A stretch of DNA of 64,000 nucleotides from an uncultured candidate division Zixibacteria bacterium (GTDB lineage: Bacteria > Zixibacteria > MSB-5A5 > UBA10806), in the NCBI GenBank assembly GCA_963817915.1, contig CAWFQL010000012.1, positions 512,001 to 576,000 on the forward strand. The letters run 5' to 3'. Positions 20,934 to 32,303 of this stretch are shown in pieces. The stretch's first letter is position 1. Every line of letters begins with the position of its first letter. Made by a program: the position numbers and the translations under genes. The notes beneath the pieces were generated by a model. The model did not search any database, was not told where the DNA came from, and saw only the letters and a list, made by a program, of their open reading frames with translations.

Positions 20934-21479
20934 ATGAAAAAGTATTATGTCTTAATGATAATCCTGTTATTTGCATCATTCGCCAGAGCTCAGACTTATC
21001 GCATAGATTGGTATGTAATCGGTTCTGGCGGCGGTCATTCGCAATCATCTGGATATCAAATTGACGCCACTATAGGGCAGCCGATCGTCGGTTCATCGTC
21101 ATCAGCATCATACATTATCGATGGTGGCTTCTGGGCCGGCGGCGCTCAGGGCGGCGCATGCTCCTATGTCGTCGGCGATGCCAATAACAGCGCCACATTC
21201 AACGGCCTCGATGTTACCTATAGTGTCAACTATTTTCGGGGCGGGGCCGCGCCGCCATATTCCTGCGAATGCACCCCTGGTAACATCTGGTTTGTAGCTG
21301 GCGATGTCAACAACAGTTGTAGTTTCAATGGTCTCGATGTTACCTACATGGTGAATTACTTCAAGGGAGGTTTAAGCCCCAGACCATGCGCGCAATGTCC
21401 GCCGGCGAGGTTTGCCCCAGCTGTATTGCCGATTGTGGAGCCGATACAGAAAACAATCATTAGTGGCTCGAGTGATTAA
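20934..21479 (+). CDS. Small secreted protein: IDWYVIGSGGG domain + dockerin-like domain (partner 1)
   Basis: Signal peptide, YRIDWYVIGSGGG...TIGQP...GFW, duplicated GDxNN-NGLDVTY dockerin-like motif. Confidence 0.85.
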   Translation: MKKYYVLMIILLFASFARAQTYRIDWYVIGSGGGHSQSSGYQIDATIGQPIVGSSSSASYIIDGGFWAGGAQGGACSYVVGDANNSATFNGLDVTYSVNYFRGGAAPPYSCECTPGNIWFVAGDVNNSCSFNGLDVTYMVNYFKGGLSPRPCAQCPPARFAPAVLPIVEPIQKTIISGSSD

Positions 21480-21508
21480 TAAATGTAAAATTTGACATCT
21501 ATTTTGAT

Positions 21509-21536
21509 AAGGCGGCCTGCCTTGGCCGCCTTTTTT
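21509..21536 (+). terminator. Rho-independent terminator
   Basis: AAGGCGGCC-TGCCTT-GGCCGCCTT plus T run. Confidence 0.8.
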
Positions 21537-21816
21537 ATACATAATGATAATTGTTCTTACTTGACATAAAACTATATAATAGTATATTTAACCTATATTC
21601 TTCTGACGGACCCCAGCCGTTGAAGATAATTGTTTTTACAAATTAATATCCATTTTTTGAGGGATATCTTCATCCTGAAAATGAATGAAACAATTTTGCA
21701 AATTATGATCCCAAGCATTATGGCGAATAATCTAATTTTAATACAATCATAAGAAATAAGCGCAAAATATGAATATTTTCAATTTGAAAAAAACCAATTT
21801 TAACGGGAGAGACGCA

Positions 21817-24807
21817 ATGAAAATCGCGAAAACAATTTTACTGACAGTATGTGCATTAGTGGCAATGTACACATTCATTTTTGCCGCTGACGCGGGTAAG
21901 ATCGGTTCTTCGGGTAAGCCGGGAGACGCAATCACCTCGGTGCCGCGCACTTTAACTTATCAGGGAATTCTCAAAAACAATACCGGCCAGCCGGTTGCCA
22001 ATGACACGCTCATGGTCACGTTTAGGATTTTCGACCAATTGGCCGGCGGGACTATCTTCTGGAATCGCGATATCAGCGTTCACACTGATGCCCAGGGGAT
22101 GTTCACCGCATTGCTTCCTGAAATGAACCTGTCATTCGGTAACGACTACTATCTTGAGATGCAGATCGATGTAGCGGGCCCCATGACTCCGCGCCAGATG
22201 CTGACCATGTCTCCTTATGCCGCTCGTTCAGATACTGCGGATTTTGCGGCTAACGCTTCCTCCAACTGGACTGTGAGCAATTCTGTTATTCAGACCAGCA
22301 ACTATTGGGGAATAGCCCGCGGCAATGCTGGCAATGTGTTATTAGGTGATAGCGCTCGTACGATGGTGAATCTCGGCGTCGCCTGTACCACGGGAACCAT
22401 CAGCTATAGTCCATCTTTTTCTACAGTTGGCGGTGGTTTGGGAAATTCTGCCGGCGGCGAATTTGCAAATGTTAGCAGTGGGCATAATAATACAGCCGGG
22501 GGCTCGTCAGCTTCTATCGGAGGCGGTAGTGGCAATAATGCCAGCGGCGGGGCATCCGTGATCGCCGGAGGGTACAGCAATACTGCCGGCGGCCCGAATT
22601 CTACGGTCGCAGGGGGGAATAGCAACACCGCCCCTGGTCAGAACGCTACCGTAGGCGGCGGCGGTAACAATTTTGCTAATGGCAACAACTCCACCGTTGG
22701 CGGGGGATGGTATAACATTACCAACGGCGATTCGAGCTTCGTAGGCGGCGGTCTTCACAATAGTATCCACGGCGTTGGTGGCACAATTGGCGGCGGAAGG
22801 GCAAATACTGTTTCAATGGAATATAGTGCCATTACTGGCGGAGAATTAAACAACGCCAATAGCTATAATGACTTTATCGGTGGCGGTTATGGGAATACCG
22901 TCAATGGTGGCCATAGTGTCATAGGTGGCGGAGGTAATAATATCGTAAATGGCTCCCAAAGCGTGATAGTCGGAGGAAGCCAAAATATCGCTGATTCTTC
23001 AAATTCATTTATTGGCGGCGGAGCATATAATCATGCGTCCGGACACTATAGTACAATCGCAGGAGGGGGGGCTAATAGCGCCTTGGGATCGAGGAGCACC
23101 ATTGGCGGCGGAAGATATAATTCCGCTGGAGATACAGCTTTTGTCGGAGGGGGATCTTATAATAACGCGTCGGGGATAAGTAGTACTATCGGGGGTGGTT
23201 CATCAAATACCGCAAGCGGCCCCAATGCTACCATTAGCGGCGGCCAGAGCAACGCTGCAACCGGGCCGTACGGTACCGTTGGTGGAGGCATACGGTAATA
23301 TAGCCAATGCAAGGTCCGCCATTGCTGGAGGAACTGGCAATATGGCTCTTGAGCAGGAGGTCTCTATTGGTGGAGGGGCTAACAACACAGCCAATGGTTT
23401 TAGAAGCACAATTGCCGGCGGTGCTATTAATACGGCCTCGGGCAATTACAGTATTGTGAGCGGAGGACTCCAGAATAACGTCGGCGGAGCTTTCGCGGGC
23501 GTAGCTTCAGGATGGCAAAACACTGCAGGAGATGCCGCAAGTGATACAGGCGCATTCGTTGGTGGGGGTCGATCCAATTCCGCAACAGGAATGTACAGCA
23601 CAATCTGCGGAGGCAGTGGCAATCTATGCAGTTGGGCAATAGTAGCCGACAGTGGCAGGGGGAGGATAGTAATTACGTAGCAAGATTCCAGTTTGCAATA
23701 TCGGTGGGGGTAGCTATAATCGCGCAACCGGTGATTCGAGTTTCGTAGGCGGCGGCGGCCACAACATTGCCGGCGGAAATAGCAGCACGGTGAGTGGCGG
23801 CCGAAACAATAGCGCAAGCGGCGACGCGAGCACTATCGGCGGTGGTGAAATTAATACTGCGAGTAGCGCAGGCGCTGCAATAGGCGGTGGGGGCGGTAAT
23901 ACTGCAAGCGCTATGTATAGCTATATTGGCGGCGGCGCTGCCAATTACGCCCCAGGTAAATTTGCCGCGGTTAGCGGCGGATGTACCAATTCGGCCACCG
24001 GTGACTCGAGTTTCGTGGGTGGCGGTAGTAATAATACTGCCAGCGGAGTTGGCAGCTACTGTCGGAGGAGGTCCAACACCAGATGCAATGCTAGCGGCGG
24101 ACAATAGGCGCTACAATCGAGCGGTGGCGTAAACAATGCTGCCAGCCTGGATTATGCAACGGTAAGCGGTGGTGTCATACAATAACTGCCAACGGCCAAT
24201 ATTCTGTGATAGGTGGCGGAACCAACAATACGGCCAGTGGCACAGCACTCTACTGTATGTGGGGGAGACGGCAATGTTGTCAGCGGGCGGCTGTAAGTAT
24301 GGCTTTTGGGAGTGTGTTCATCTACTAACATTCACTTGCGGTTGGCTTATTCGAATCCAGCGAATTCAGGTCGTCTTGGGCGTAAATCGCGATGACAATG
24401 ATGGTGGAATAAATTACCCAATTCACGTTGGCACGAGTACTTCCAACGGCAATGGCGCTTATCTGACAGCAGGCGGTGTTTGGACTAATGGCTCCTCGCG
24501 CACCTTCAAAGAGAATTTCACTCCATTTAATGGCTCTGAATTGCTCTCCAAAATTTCGAATTTATCGATTACCACATACAATTACAAAAATAGCGCTGAG
24601 AAGCATGTCGGCCCCGTGGCTGAAGATTTTGTGGGTGCGTTCGATACTGGCGTGATCCGCGAATCCGACAGCAAACGCGATGACATGTATCTGTCCTCCG
24701 GAGACGTAGCAGGTGTAGCATTGGCCGGAGTGCAGGAATTGATAAAGAAGATTGAGCAGTTAGAAAAAGAAATAGCGGAACTGAAAGCCCAGCAGGGAAA
24801 GAGGTAA
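21817..24807 (+). CDS. Secreted Gly-rich repeat fibre with C-terminal S74 domain; multiple frameshifts between about 23280 and 24370
   Basis: Signal peptide, LTYQGIL N-domain, many 14-aa (S/T)(V/I)GGGxxNxAxG repeats running across ORF fragments, C-terminal GGVWTNGSSRTFKENF...HVGPVAEDF plus coiled coil. Confidence 0.75.
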
Positions 24808-24811
24808 TTTT

Positions 24812-25369
24812 ATGATCAATAAAATTTTGATTTTGATAGCAATTTGTTCTCCCCTATGCTTGGCCCAGAACTATCAGATTGACTGGTATGTCATCGGATC
24901 TGGCGGAGGCCATAGTCAATCATCTAATTATCAAATTGACGGCACCATTGGCCAGCCGATTGTGGGACAATCTTCTTCGGCAAATTATCAAGTCGACGCC
25001 GGTTTTTGGGTAGGCGGCGCTCAGGGCGGCGGATGCTCGTATGTTGTCGGCGACGCCAATAATAGCGCCACATTCAATGGTCTCGATGTCACTTACAGTG
25101 TAAATTATTTCAAGGGCGGGGCCGCGCCGCCATATTCCTGCGAATGCACTCCTGGTAACACCTGGTTTGTCGCTGGCGATGTCAACAATAGCTGCAGCTT
25201 CAATGGCCTTGATGTTACCTATATGGTCAATTACTTCAAAGGTGGAGCCGGGCCGATAGCATGCGCGCAATGTCCGCCGGGTGGAATTGCAGCATCTCCG
25301 GCAGTAATAACGCCGTCTGGTACACAGGCCAATGATAAGCCGAATATGGAACAGGGCTCCAGTAAATAG
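24812..25369 (+). CDS. Small secreted IDWYVIGSGGG + dockerin-like protein (partner 2)
   Basis: Paralog of 20934-21479; starts 4 nt after the fibre stop codon. Confidence 0.85.
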   Translation: MINKILILIAICSPLCLAQNYQIDWYVIGSGGGHSQSSNYQIDGTIGQPIVGQSSSANYQVDAGFWVGGAQGGGCSYVVGDANNSATFNGLDVTYSVNYFKGGAAPPYSCECTPGNTWFVAGDVNNSCSFNGLDVTYMVNYFKGGAGPIACAQCPPGGIAASPAVITPSGTQANDKPNMEQGSSK

Positions 25370-25594
25370 AATTATATAATCAAATTTACAATCAGGCCGG
25401 GATCATTAGAATATGGTTTCGGCCTTATTTTATTCAAATGTAATACAATTCTATAAAAGCTGTTTTGACATTACTAATTTATTAAAAGATAACAAAAAAT
25501 ACTTGACAATATAGAGGCCATTGCCTACATAAAGGTGTCCGACATTATAAGTATTAGTAAAATAGTTGAAATCTTAATATCCGGAGGCCTCACC

Positions 25595-27001
25595 ATGTTA
25601 AAGAAAGCCGTTGTTATTTGGTTGATGTGCTTAGCGTCCTTTGCATTCGGACAGCAAATTTTGTTTATCCCCGCTGGTAGTTATGAAGTGGGTATCCAAC
25701 CCTATGCGGTATTTTCTGCTGACCTTGACGGAAATGGGAATGATGACTTAGCAATAGCAAATTATGGTTCAAATAGCGTAACTATCCTCAAGAACAATGG
25801 CGATGGAGCTTTTCAGCAACCTGTAAATTATCCAGTGGGAAGTGAACCTATATCAGTACTTGCGGCCGATCTTAATGGGGACGGAGATAACGACCTTGCC
25901 GTGTCTTATCTTAATTCCAATTGCGTTTCCATACTTATGAATAACGGTGACGGGATTTTTCAGGATACCATCAATTATGTCGCCGGAAATTCAGAATTTC
26001 CATTAATTGCGGCCGATTTTGATGGGGACGGGAATAAGGATTTAGCTATCACAAAAGCCGGTGCACACGGCATTAGCATTTTGTATAATGGCGGAAATGG
26101 TATTTTTCAGAATGCTGTCAATGTTGAGATAGGGGAACGGGCAACCTGTGGTTTTGCCGCTGATCTCGATGGAGATAGTGATATGGACATTGCGGTGGGA
26201 TGTCAAGATTCTCATAGAGTTTCAATTCTGCGTAACAGCGGGAACAGAACTTTCGAACCACCGATTTTTTTCGCAGCAGGAGATTATCCCGTTTCTATCT
26301 TCGCCGCGGATTTTGACGGTAATGGAACTAATGACCTTGCAATCGGAAATGCATACTCAAGCGATATTTCCATTCTGCTTAATAACGGGGATGCGACATT
26401 TAATACACCCATCAATTATGGCGGGGGAAATGGTCCATATACATTGTTTGCGGCCGATTTTGACGGTGACGGAGATTATGATTTGGCAACAGCATGGCAG
26501 CAAGCAGTTTCGGTATTAAGGAATTACGGTAACGGCACTTTCCAAGAAAGAACCACCTTTGGAACTGGTGGGTGGCCGTTTTCTGTCTATGCTGCCGATT
26601 TCAATGGAGATGGGGTAAAGGATCTAGCTTATACAGACTACGACTATAATACCGTCTCTATCAGATTTGGCAGTGGTAGTATTGGTTGTTTGTACACGGT
26701 CGGCGATGCCAACGGAAGCGGCATCTTCAATGGTCTCGATGTAACCTACAGCGTCAATTATTTCCGAGGCACTGGCAATTTGCCCCCTAATTTCTGCGAA
26801 TGCCATCCTCTTAACGGTCTGTTTGTATCGGGCGATGTCAACAACAGCTGTAGCTTCAATGGCCTGGACGTAACCTACATGGTGAATTATTTCAAGGGCG
26901 GGGCGGCGCCTATGCCTTGTGCGAGTTGTTCGCCGGCGGGAGCAATACCGCCTTTAAAAGTGCCGGGTGAGAAAGCCATCGAGAGTGGCGTAAGTGATTG
27001 A
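25595..27001 (+). CDS. FG-GAP/VCBS beta-propeller protein with dockerin-like domain
   Basis: GGAGG RBS, signal peptide, seven AD(L/F)(D/N)G(D/N)GxxD repeats, C-terminal dockerin-like duplication. Confidence 0.9.
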   Translation: MLKKAVVIWLMCLASFAFGQQILFIPAGSYEVGIQPYAVFSADLDGNGNDDLAIANYGSNSVTILKNNGDGAFQQPVNYPVGSEPISVLAADLNGDGDNDLAVSYLNSNCVSILMNNGDGIFQDTINYVAGNSEFPLIAADFDGDGNKDLAITKAGAHGISILYNGGNGIFQNAVNVEIGERATCGFAADLDGDSDMDIAVGCQDSHRVSILRNSGNRTFEPPIFFAAGDYPVSIFAADFDGNGTNDLAIGNAYSSDISILLNNGDATFNTPINYGGGNGPYTLFAADFDGDGDYDLATAWQQAVSVLRNYGNGTFQERTTFGTGGWPFSVYAADFNGDGVKDLAYTDYDYNTVSIRFGSGSIGCLYTVGDANGSGIFNGLDVTYSVNYFRGTGNLPPNFCECHPLNGLFVSGDVNNSCSFNGLDVTYMVNYFKGGAAPMPCASCSPAGAIPPLKVPGEKAIESGVSD

Positions 27002-27031
27002 ATACTAAAGAGATAATAATTGTTTTTACAC

Positions 27032-27058
27032 AGGGCGGTCCTTGGGGCCGCTTTTTTT
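27032..27058 (+). terminator. Rho-independent terminator
   Basis: AGGGCGGTCC-TTG-GGGCCGCTTT plus T run. Confidence 0.7.
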
Positions 27059-27356
27059 AATCTTTATTCCTTATTGATAGTTATTCCTACTTGACAAAAA
27101 ACGAATCTTATATATTTTAAAAGCATATTCCTCAGCAGGTTCATTGGCCTGCGCTCTTGAACATTTTGAAAATGTAACGACCATGATTTTAAGGCATATC
27201 TGTATTGATATCACAAGGATTTTATCTGTGTATCGATTCAAAGAACCTGATGGCGTATTTTTCAGTTTAGTAACGAGCATATGGAATATCAATGTCGACT
27301 AATCTGCCAAAATGAAATTTAATATCCTTCATGAGTTGCAACAAGGGAGAAAGAAA

Positions 27357-29525
27357 ATGAAGATTTCGAAACTGTTCTCGATTTTTATTTTTGCCACCAT
27401 TATTTTCGCTGATAATTCACTACTAGCTGGAAATCTTGGCAAAAATAAATTTGACGAATCATTCATAAACACTATTACCAATTTTGCAATACAGCGCATC
27501 TTGACTTATCAGGGTATCTTGAAGGACAATTTGGGAAATCCAGTTCCCGATGCCTCATATAATATTGTATTCAGAATTTACAGTACTTCAGTAGGCGGTT
27601 CGGCACTTTGGGGCAGCCCGTCAGTACAGGTAACAACGAATCACGGGCTATTCTCAACCTCAATTGGTCCGATATCACTGCCGTTCGATACCCCGTACTA
27701 CTTGTCTCTGCAGGTCGGTGCGGATCCCGAAATGGCGCAAAGACAGACATTGACCATGACTCCATACTCCGCCAGTGCGGATTCAGCCAATCACTCTATT
27801 TCATCTGATACCAGTACAACAGCTCGCAACGTTCTGGATAATAGCATCACCAGCGCGAAAATAGTTAATGGCACGATCCTATTTACAGATATCGCTCAAA
27901 ATGGAGCGATCAAGCGGTCAGGTGATGAAATGGAACGGTGCGTCTTGGGTGGCCAGTAACGATTCCATCGGCGGCGGAAGCGGCAATACAGGCTGGGTAG
28001 ATGCAGGGACGATAGTATCTTTATCAAGCCTGGGCGATTCGGTTGGCATCGGCACTTCGGCTCCCACAGCCAAGCTTCAAATTGAAGGAACACTAAAAGT
28101 CGCAGACAAGGCCAATATCGGGCCGTCTAATACAAACGCAGGATTGAACGCCTTCGTAGCCGGATCGCAAAATATTGCCAGCGCAAATTATAGTACTGTC
28201 GGAGGAGGGCAAAATAACTCGGCTCAGGCGATATATGGCTCCATAAACGGCGGGAATAGTAACAATGTTGGCGGAAGCTACGGCACGGTAAGCGGTGGGC
28301 TTGGTAATAATGCCGCAAATAATTATAGCGCAATCGGCGGCGGTTTCGAGAATTCGGGAGACGGAGAATATAGCTCTATAAGCGGGGGATACCAGAATAC
28401 CAGCGCAGGTTTAGTGGGGGCCATATCAGGAGGACAGGGTAACACTACCAACGCTTATGCCGATTTTATCGGCGGCGGAGCCTTTAATTCTGTTTATGGC
28501 CTTACCGGTACTATTTGCGGAGGTCAGCAGAATCTTGTCAGCAATGACCATGGCACGATCGGCGGCGGAATGGCGGATACGGTCATGGGGGTCTTCGGCG
28601 GAGTAGCTTCGGGATATTCCAATCTTGCCGGTGATGCGGCGACAGATTCGGGAGCATTTGTGGGTGGCGGTTACAATAATTCGGCGATGGCGTTTAATTC
28701 AATTGTCGTAGGCGGATACAATAATACGGCCGCCGGTGATAATTCAATTGTCAGCGGAGGTTATAATAATTCCGCGACAGGAGCCAATTCGACCGTAGCG
28801 GGCGGAAATTCTAATTCAGCTACAGGCGGCACTTCTGCTATTGGCGGCGGAACTAATAATGTCGCGAGCATCGATTGCGCTGTTGTCACGGGGGGGTGCT
28901 TCAATACGGTTTTGGGGAGCAGTTCCGCAATTTGCGGCGGTGTTCAAAACTATGTCAGCGGAACTGCCAGCGTTATTACCGGCGGAGCCTTTAATCATAT
29001 ACTTGCTGATTACGTAATGGCCTTTGGCGGCAATGTCCGCATTACCAACCCATATCGGATCGGCTTTTTTAATTCGATTTCGCCGGGGCGTCTCGGGCTA
29101 AATCGGGATGATAATGACGGCGGCATAAATTATCCGATTACTGTGGGCACGAATACTTTCAATGGCAACGGAGCCTATCTGACTGCGGGCGGCGTCTGGA
29201 CCAATGGCTCTTCGCGGACATTCAAAGAGAATTTTACGCCATTCAATGGCTCATGAATTGCTTTCCAAAATATCAAATCTATCGATTACTACATACAATT
29301 ACAAAAATACACCGAGAAGCACATCGGCCCTGATGGCCGAGGATTTTGTCGGGGCATTCGATACCGGCGTCATCCGCGAATCCGACGGCAAGCGCGATGA
29401 TATGTACTCTATCGTCCGGAGACGTGGCAGGCGTTGCATTGGCCGGAGTGCAGGAATTGATAAAGAAGATTGAGCAGTTGGAAAAAGAAATAGCGGAGCT
29501 GAAAGCTCAGCAGGGAAAGAGGTAA
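27357..29525 (+). CDS. Secreted Gly-rich repeat fibre with C-terminal S74 domain; frameshifts near 27912 and 29250-29410
   Basis: Signal peptide, LTYQGIL N-domain, GQVMKWNG, VGIGT, 14-aa GGG repeats; 3' end closely matches 24380-24807. Confidence 0.78.
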
Positions 29526-29529
29526 TTTT

Positions 29530-30090
29530 ATGATTAAGAAAATTTTGCTTTATATACTTATTAACGCTCCGCTCTGCCTGGCCCAGAACTATCGTATCGA
29601 CTGGTATGTCATCGGATCTGGCGGAGGCCATAGTCAATCATATAATTATCAGATTGACGGCACCATCGGCCAGCCAATAGTAGGACAATCATCTTCAGCA
29701 AACTATCAAGTCGATGCAGGTTTTTGGGTTGGGTTTGCCAGCCCGCATGGCGGCTGCGTTTATGTTGTAGGGGATGCTAACAATAGTGCCACATTCAACG
29801 GTCTCGACGTTACCTACAGCGTCAATTATTTCAAGGGCGGCGCCGCGCCTCCATACAGCTGCGAATGCACACCGGGCAATACATGGTTCGTCTCCGGCGA
29901 TGTCAACAACAGCTGCAGCTTCAATGGCCTTGATGTCACTTACATGGTAAATTATTTCAAGGGTGGAGCAGGCCCTATGCCTTGCGCCGATTGTCCCCCG
30001 GCGGGAATTGCAGTATCTGCAGGCTCAACATTACCAACTGATGCACAAATACCAATTAAGCCAAATATTACACTGAGCCCCAGCAAGTAA
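29530..30090 (+). CDS. Small secreted IDWYVIGSGGG + dockerin-like protein (partner 3)
   Basis: Paralog of 24812-25369 with the same 4-nt gene junction. Confidence 0.85.
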   Translation: MIKKILLYILINAPLCLAQNYRIDWYVIGSGGGHSQSYNYQIDGTIGQPIVGQSSSANYQVDAGFWVGFASPHGGCVYVVGDANNSATFNGLDVTYSVNYFKGGAAPPYSCECTPGNTWFVSGDVNNSCSFNGLDVTYMVNYFKGGAGPMPCADCPPAGIAVSAGSTLPTDAQIPIKPNITLSPSK

Positions 30091-30112
30091 AAATTGATAT
30101 TAGTTTATATTC

Positions 30113-30146
30113 GGGCCGGAATCATCCTAAGGCGATTCCGGCCTTT
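30113..30146 (+). terminator. Rho-independent terminator
   Basis: GGCCGGAATC...GATTCCGGCC plus TTTT. Confidence 0.7.
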
Positions 30147-30321
30147 TCATATTTAAAACATGCATATTGGATACCATATTTATCCAATAAAACCAAGATA
30201 TGTGTTGACAGATTGCAGCATAGGTTATATTTTATAATGCGAACATAATTCTAATGCCTTCTTGGCCTCTTTGAATGAACCTAAAAAAAATAAAACAAAA
30301 AAACAAAATTGTGGAGACCTT

Positions 30322-31569
30322 ATGAAGAGGATAGCTTCAAATTTGGGAAAGTTTGTGCTTCTGATTTTTGCCGGTGTCTTATTAATACCGGTTTTTTTAT
30401 CCGCTCAAAATCTTGAATTTATGTCAAGTTACGCATTGCCAGATGGTGCGTATGGGATCACTTTGGTCAATAATCTTGCGTATATCGCCAATGATATCAA
30501 TGGTATTCAGATACTGGATATTACCGACCCTTACAATCCCTCTGGAGTAGGCAGCTATGACACGCCGGGGTTTACTAGAAACTTGGTTGTTTCCGCAAAT
30601 TATGCCTATGTGGCCGATGGTGAAGGCATTGTGATTCTCGATATTTCCAATCCCGCGGCTCCAGGCTTTGTGGGCTCGAGAGCCCTGGGCGGCACAGCGC
30701 TCACTGTTGCTCTTTCGGGTAATTACCTCTATGTGGCCAATGGATACAACGGCATGATGGTTATTGACGTTTCCAATCCTGCTGATCCGACTACTGCCGG
30801 TTTTTACAGTTCTTTTGGATATCTCATGGGAGTTTGCGTGCAGGGCAATTATGCATTCGTCACGGCGAATTATACCGAGCCCGATTATGGCCAGCTCATA
30901 GTATTAGATATTAGCAATCCGGCCAATCCCACCTGGATGGGGGATGTTAATATTAATTATGCGGGCGCCTACGGAGTCAGCATTTCGGGCGATTATGCTT
31001 TTGTGGGAGCATTTACCTATGGCATGCGAATATTTGATATTTCCTACCCGCCTTCACCCGCAATTTCCAGCGCGTATGATACGCCAGGCTCCTGCAAGCA
31101 TATATTCTCAGTTGGCAATTATGCCTTTGCAGCCGATGGTCTCTCAGGCATTGAAATGTTCGATATCACCGATCGAAACTACCCAATATTGCTTGATAGT
31201 GTCGATACGCCCGGCAATGCTTACGATGTCATTGCTGCAGGCGAATATGTTTATATAGCAGATGAATCATCCATGGAAATCTACAAAATCACGCAGGCCC
31301 AGCCGCCAACATGCAGCTATGTCACTGGTGATATTAATGGAAGCAATACCCTAAATGGGCTGGATGTAACCTACGGCGTTAACTATTTTAGGGGCGGCGC
31401 TGAGCCTCCATATACATGTGAATGTACTCCCGGCAATATCTGGTTTGTAGCAGGCGATGTCAACGCTAGCTGTTCCTTCAACGGCCTCGATATTACCTGG
31501 ATGGTAAATTACTTTAGGGGCGCTGAGCCTCCGATGTCATGTCCAGATTGCCCGTCAGCGCGCCGCTGA
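30322..31569 (+). CDS. LVIVD-repeat beta-propeller protein with dockerin-like domain
   Basis: Signal peptide, repeated YAYVA-G-xxILDISNP-xxP-YDTPG units, C-terminal dockerin-like duplication. Confidence 0.88.
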   Translation: MKRIASNLGKFVLLIFAGVLLIPVFLSAQNLEFMSSYALPDGAYGITLVNNLAYIANDINGIQILDITDPYNPSGVGSYDTPGFTRNLVVSANYAYVADGEGIVILDISNPAAPGFVGSRALGGTALTVALSGNYLYVANGYNGMMVIDVSNPADPTTAGFYSSFGYLMGVCVQGNYAFVTANYTEPDYGQLIVLDISNPANPTWMGDVNINYAGAYGVSISGDYAFVGAFTYGMRIFDISYPPSPAISSAYDTPGSCKHIFSVGNYAFAADGLSGIEMFDITDRNYPILLDSVDTPGNAYDVIAAGEYVYIADESSMEIYKITQAQPPTCSYVTGDINGSNTLNGLDVTYGVNYFRGGAEPPYTCECTPGNIWFVAGDVNASCSFNGLDITWMVNYFRGAEPPMSCPDCPSARR

Positions 31570-31747
31570 TAAGCCTCAATCCAAAGTAATTGGTTTTCTT
31601 TAAATAACTATCCGGCTTCGACTCTGGGAACCACCAGTGCCGAAGCCGGATTTATAATTTTATAAGAATTTTCGGCTGATAATTTTGCTTGACCGAAAGC
31701 ATCAAACGAAGGAAAATATCGCAACAAATAAAAAAAAGGGGTTGGGA

Positions 31748-32179
31748 ATGAAATTTATCTCATCGATTCGAAAAGGGGAATATGTCGACGCCGGTCTTTT
31801 GATTCTGAGATTAGGTCTGGGCGCAATGTTTCTATATCACGGTCTGCCGAAGATTTTTGGCGGCCCGACAATGTGGTCGCAGATCGGCATGGCAATGGGT
31901 AATTACGGCGTCACTTTTGCGCCGTTATTCTGGGGCTTGATGGCCGCGCTGGCCGAGGGGTTGGGCGGCCTGTTGCTTTTGCTCGGGCTATTTTCTCGAG
32001 TCGCGCTGGTCTTTATGGTGATCGATATGATAGTCGCCGCGACATATCATCTCGTGACCCCCGGGCAGGGGTTTGCCATGGCATCTCACGCCATAGAGGT
32101 CGGCATCGCATTTCTCGGCCTGATATTCATCGGTCCCGGAAAATATACAATGATCAATTTATTCCATTCCAGGAAATAA
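31748..32179 (+). CDS. DoxX family membrane protein
   Basis: LLILRLGLG-MF-HG-K, AEGLGG, C-terminal GPGKY; four TM segments. Confidence 0.88.
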   Translation: MKFISSIRKGEYVDAGLLILRLGLGAMFLYHGLPKIFGGPTMWSQIGMAMGNYGVTFAPLFWGLMAALAEGLGGLLLLLGLFSRVALVFMVIDMIVAATYHLVTPGQGFAMASHAIEVGIAFLGLIFIGPGKYTMINLFHSRK

Positions 32180-32185
32180 ATAAAA

Positions 32186-32216
32186 AAAAGCCCGCTCGAA
32201 TTCGAGCAGGCTTTTA
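32186..32216. terminator. Bidirectional terminator between convergent genes
   Basis: AAAAGCCCGCTCGAATTCGAGCAGGCTTTT with A and T flanks. Confidence 0.7.
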
Positions 32217-32237
32217 TTTTAGCCAAATTAAAGAGTG

Positions 32238-32261
32238 TCGTCGGGTGGCCTCACCCGACGA
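32238..32261. repeat. REP-like palindrome (GTCGGGT...ACCCGAC family)
   Basis: TCGTCGGGTG-GCCT-CACCCGACGA. Confidence 0.7.
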
Positions 32262-32303
32262 TTTTTCGCACGGGGTCAGGAACCCCTTCCAGTCACATGC
32301 TAT

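Noticed and set aside
19246..29525. Prophage suggested by tail-fibre/S74 domains
   Set aside because: Genes carry signal peptides and their own promoters and terminators; no integrase, capsid, terminase or other phage genes.
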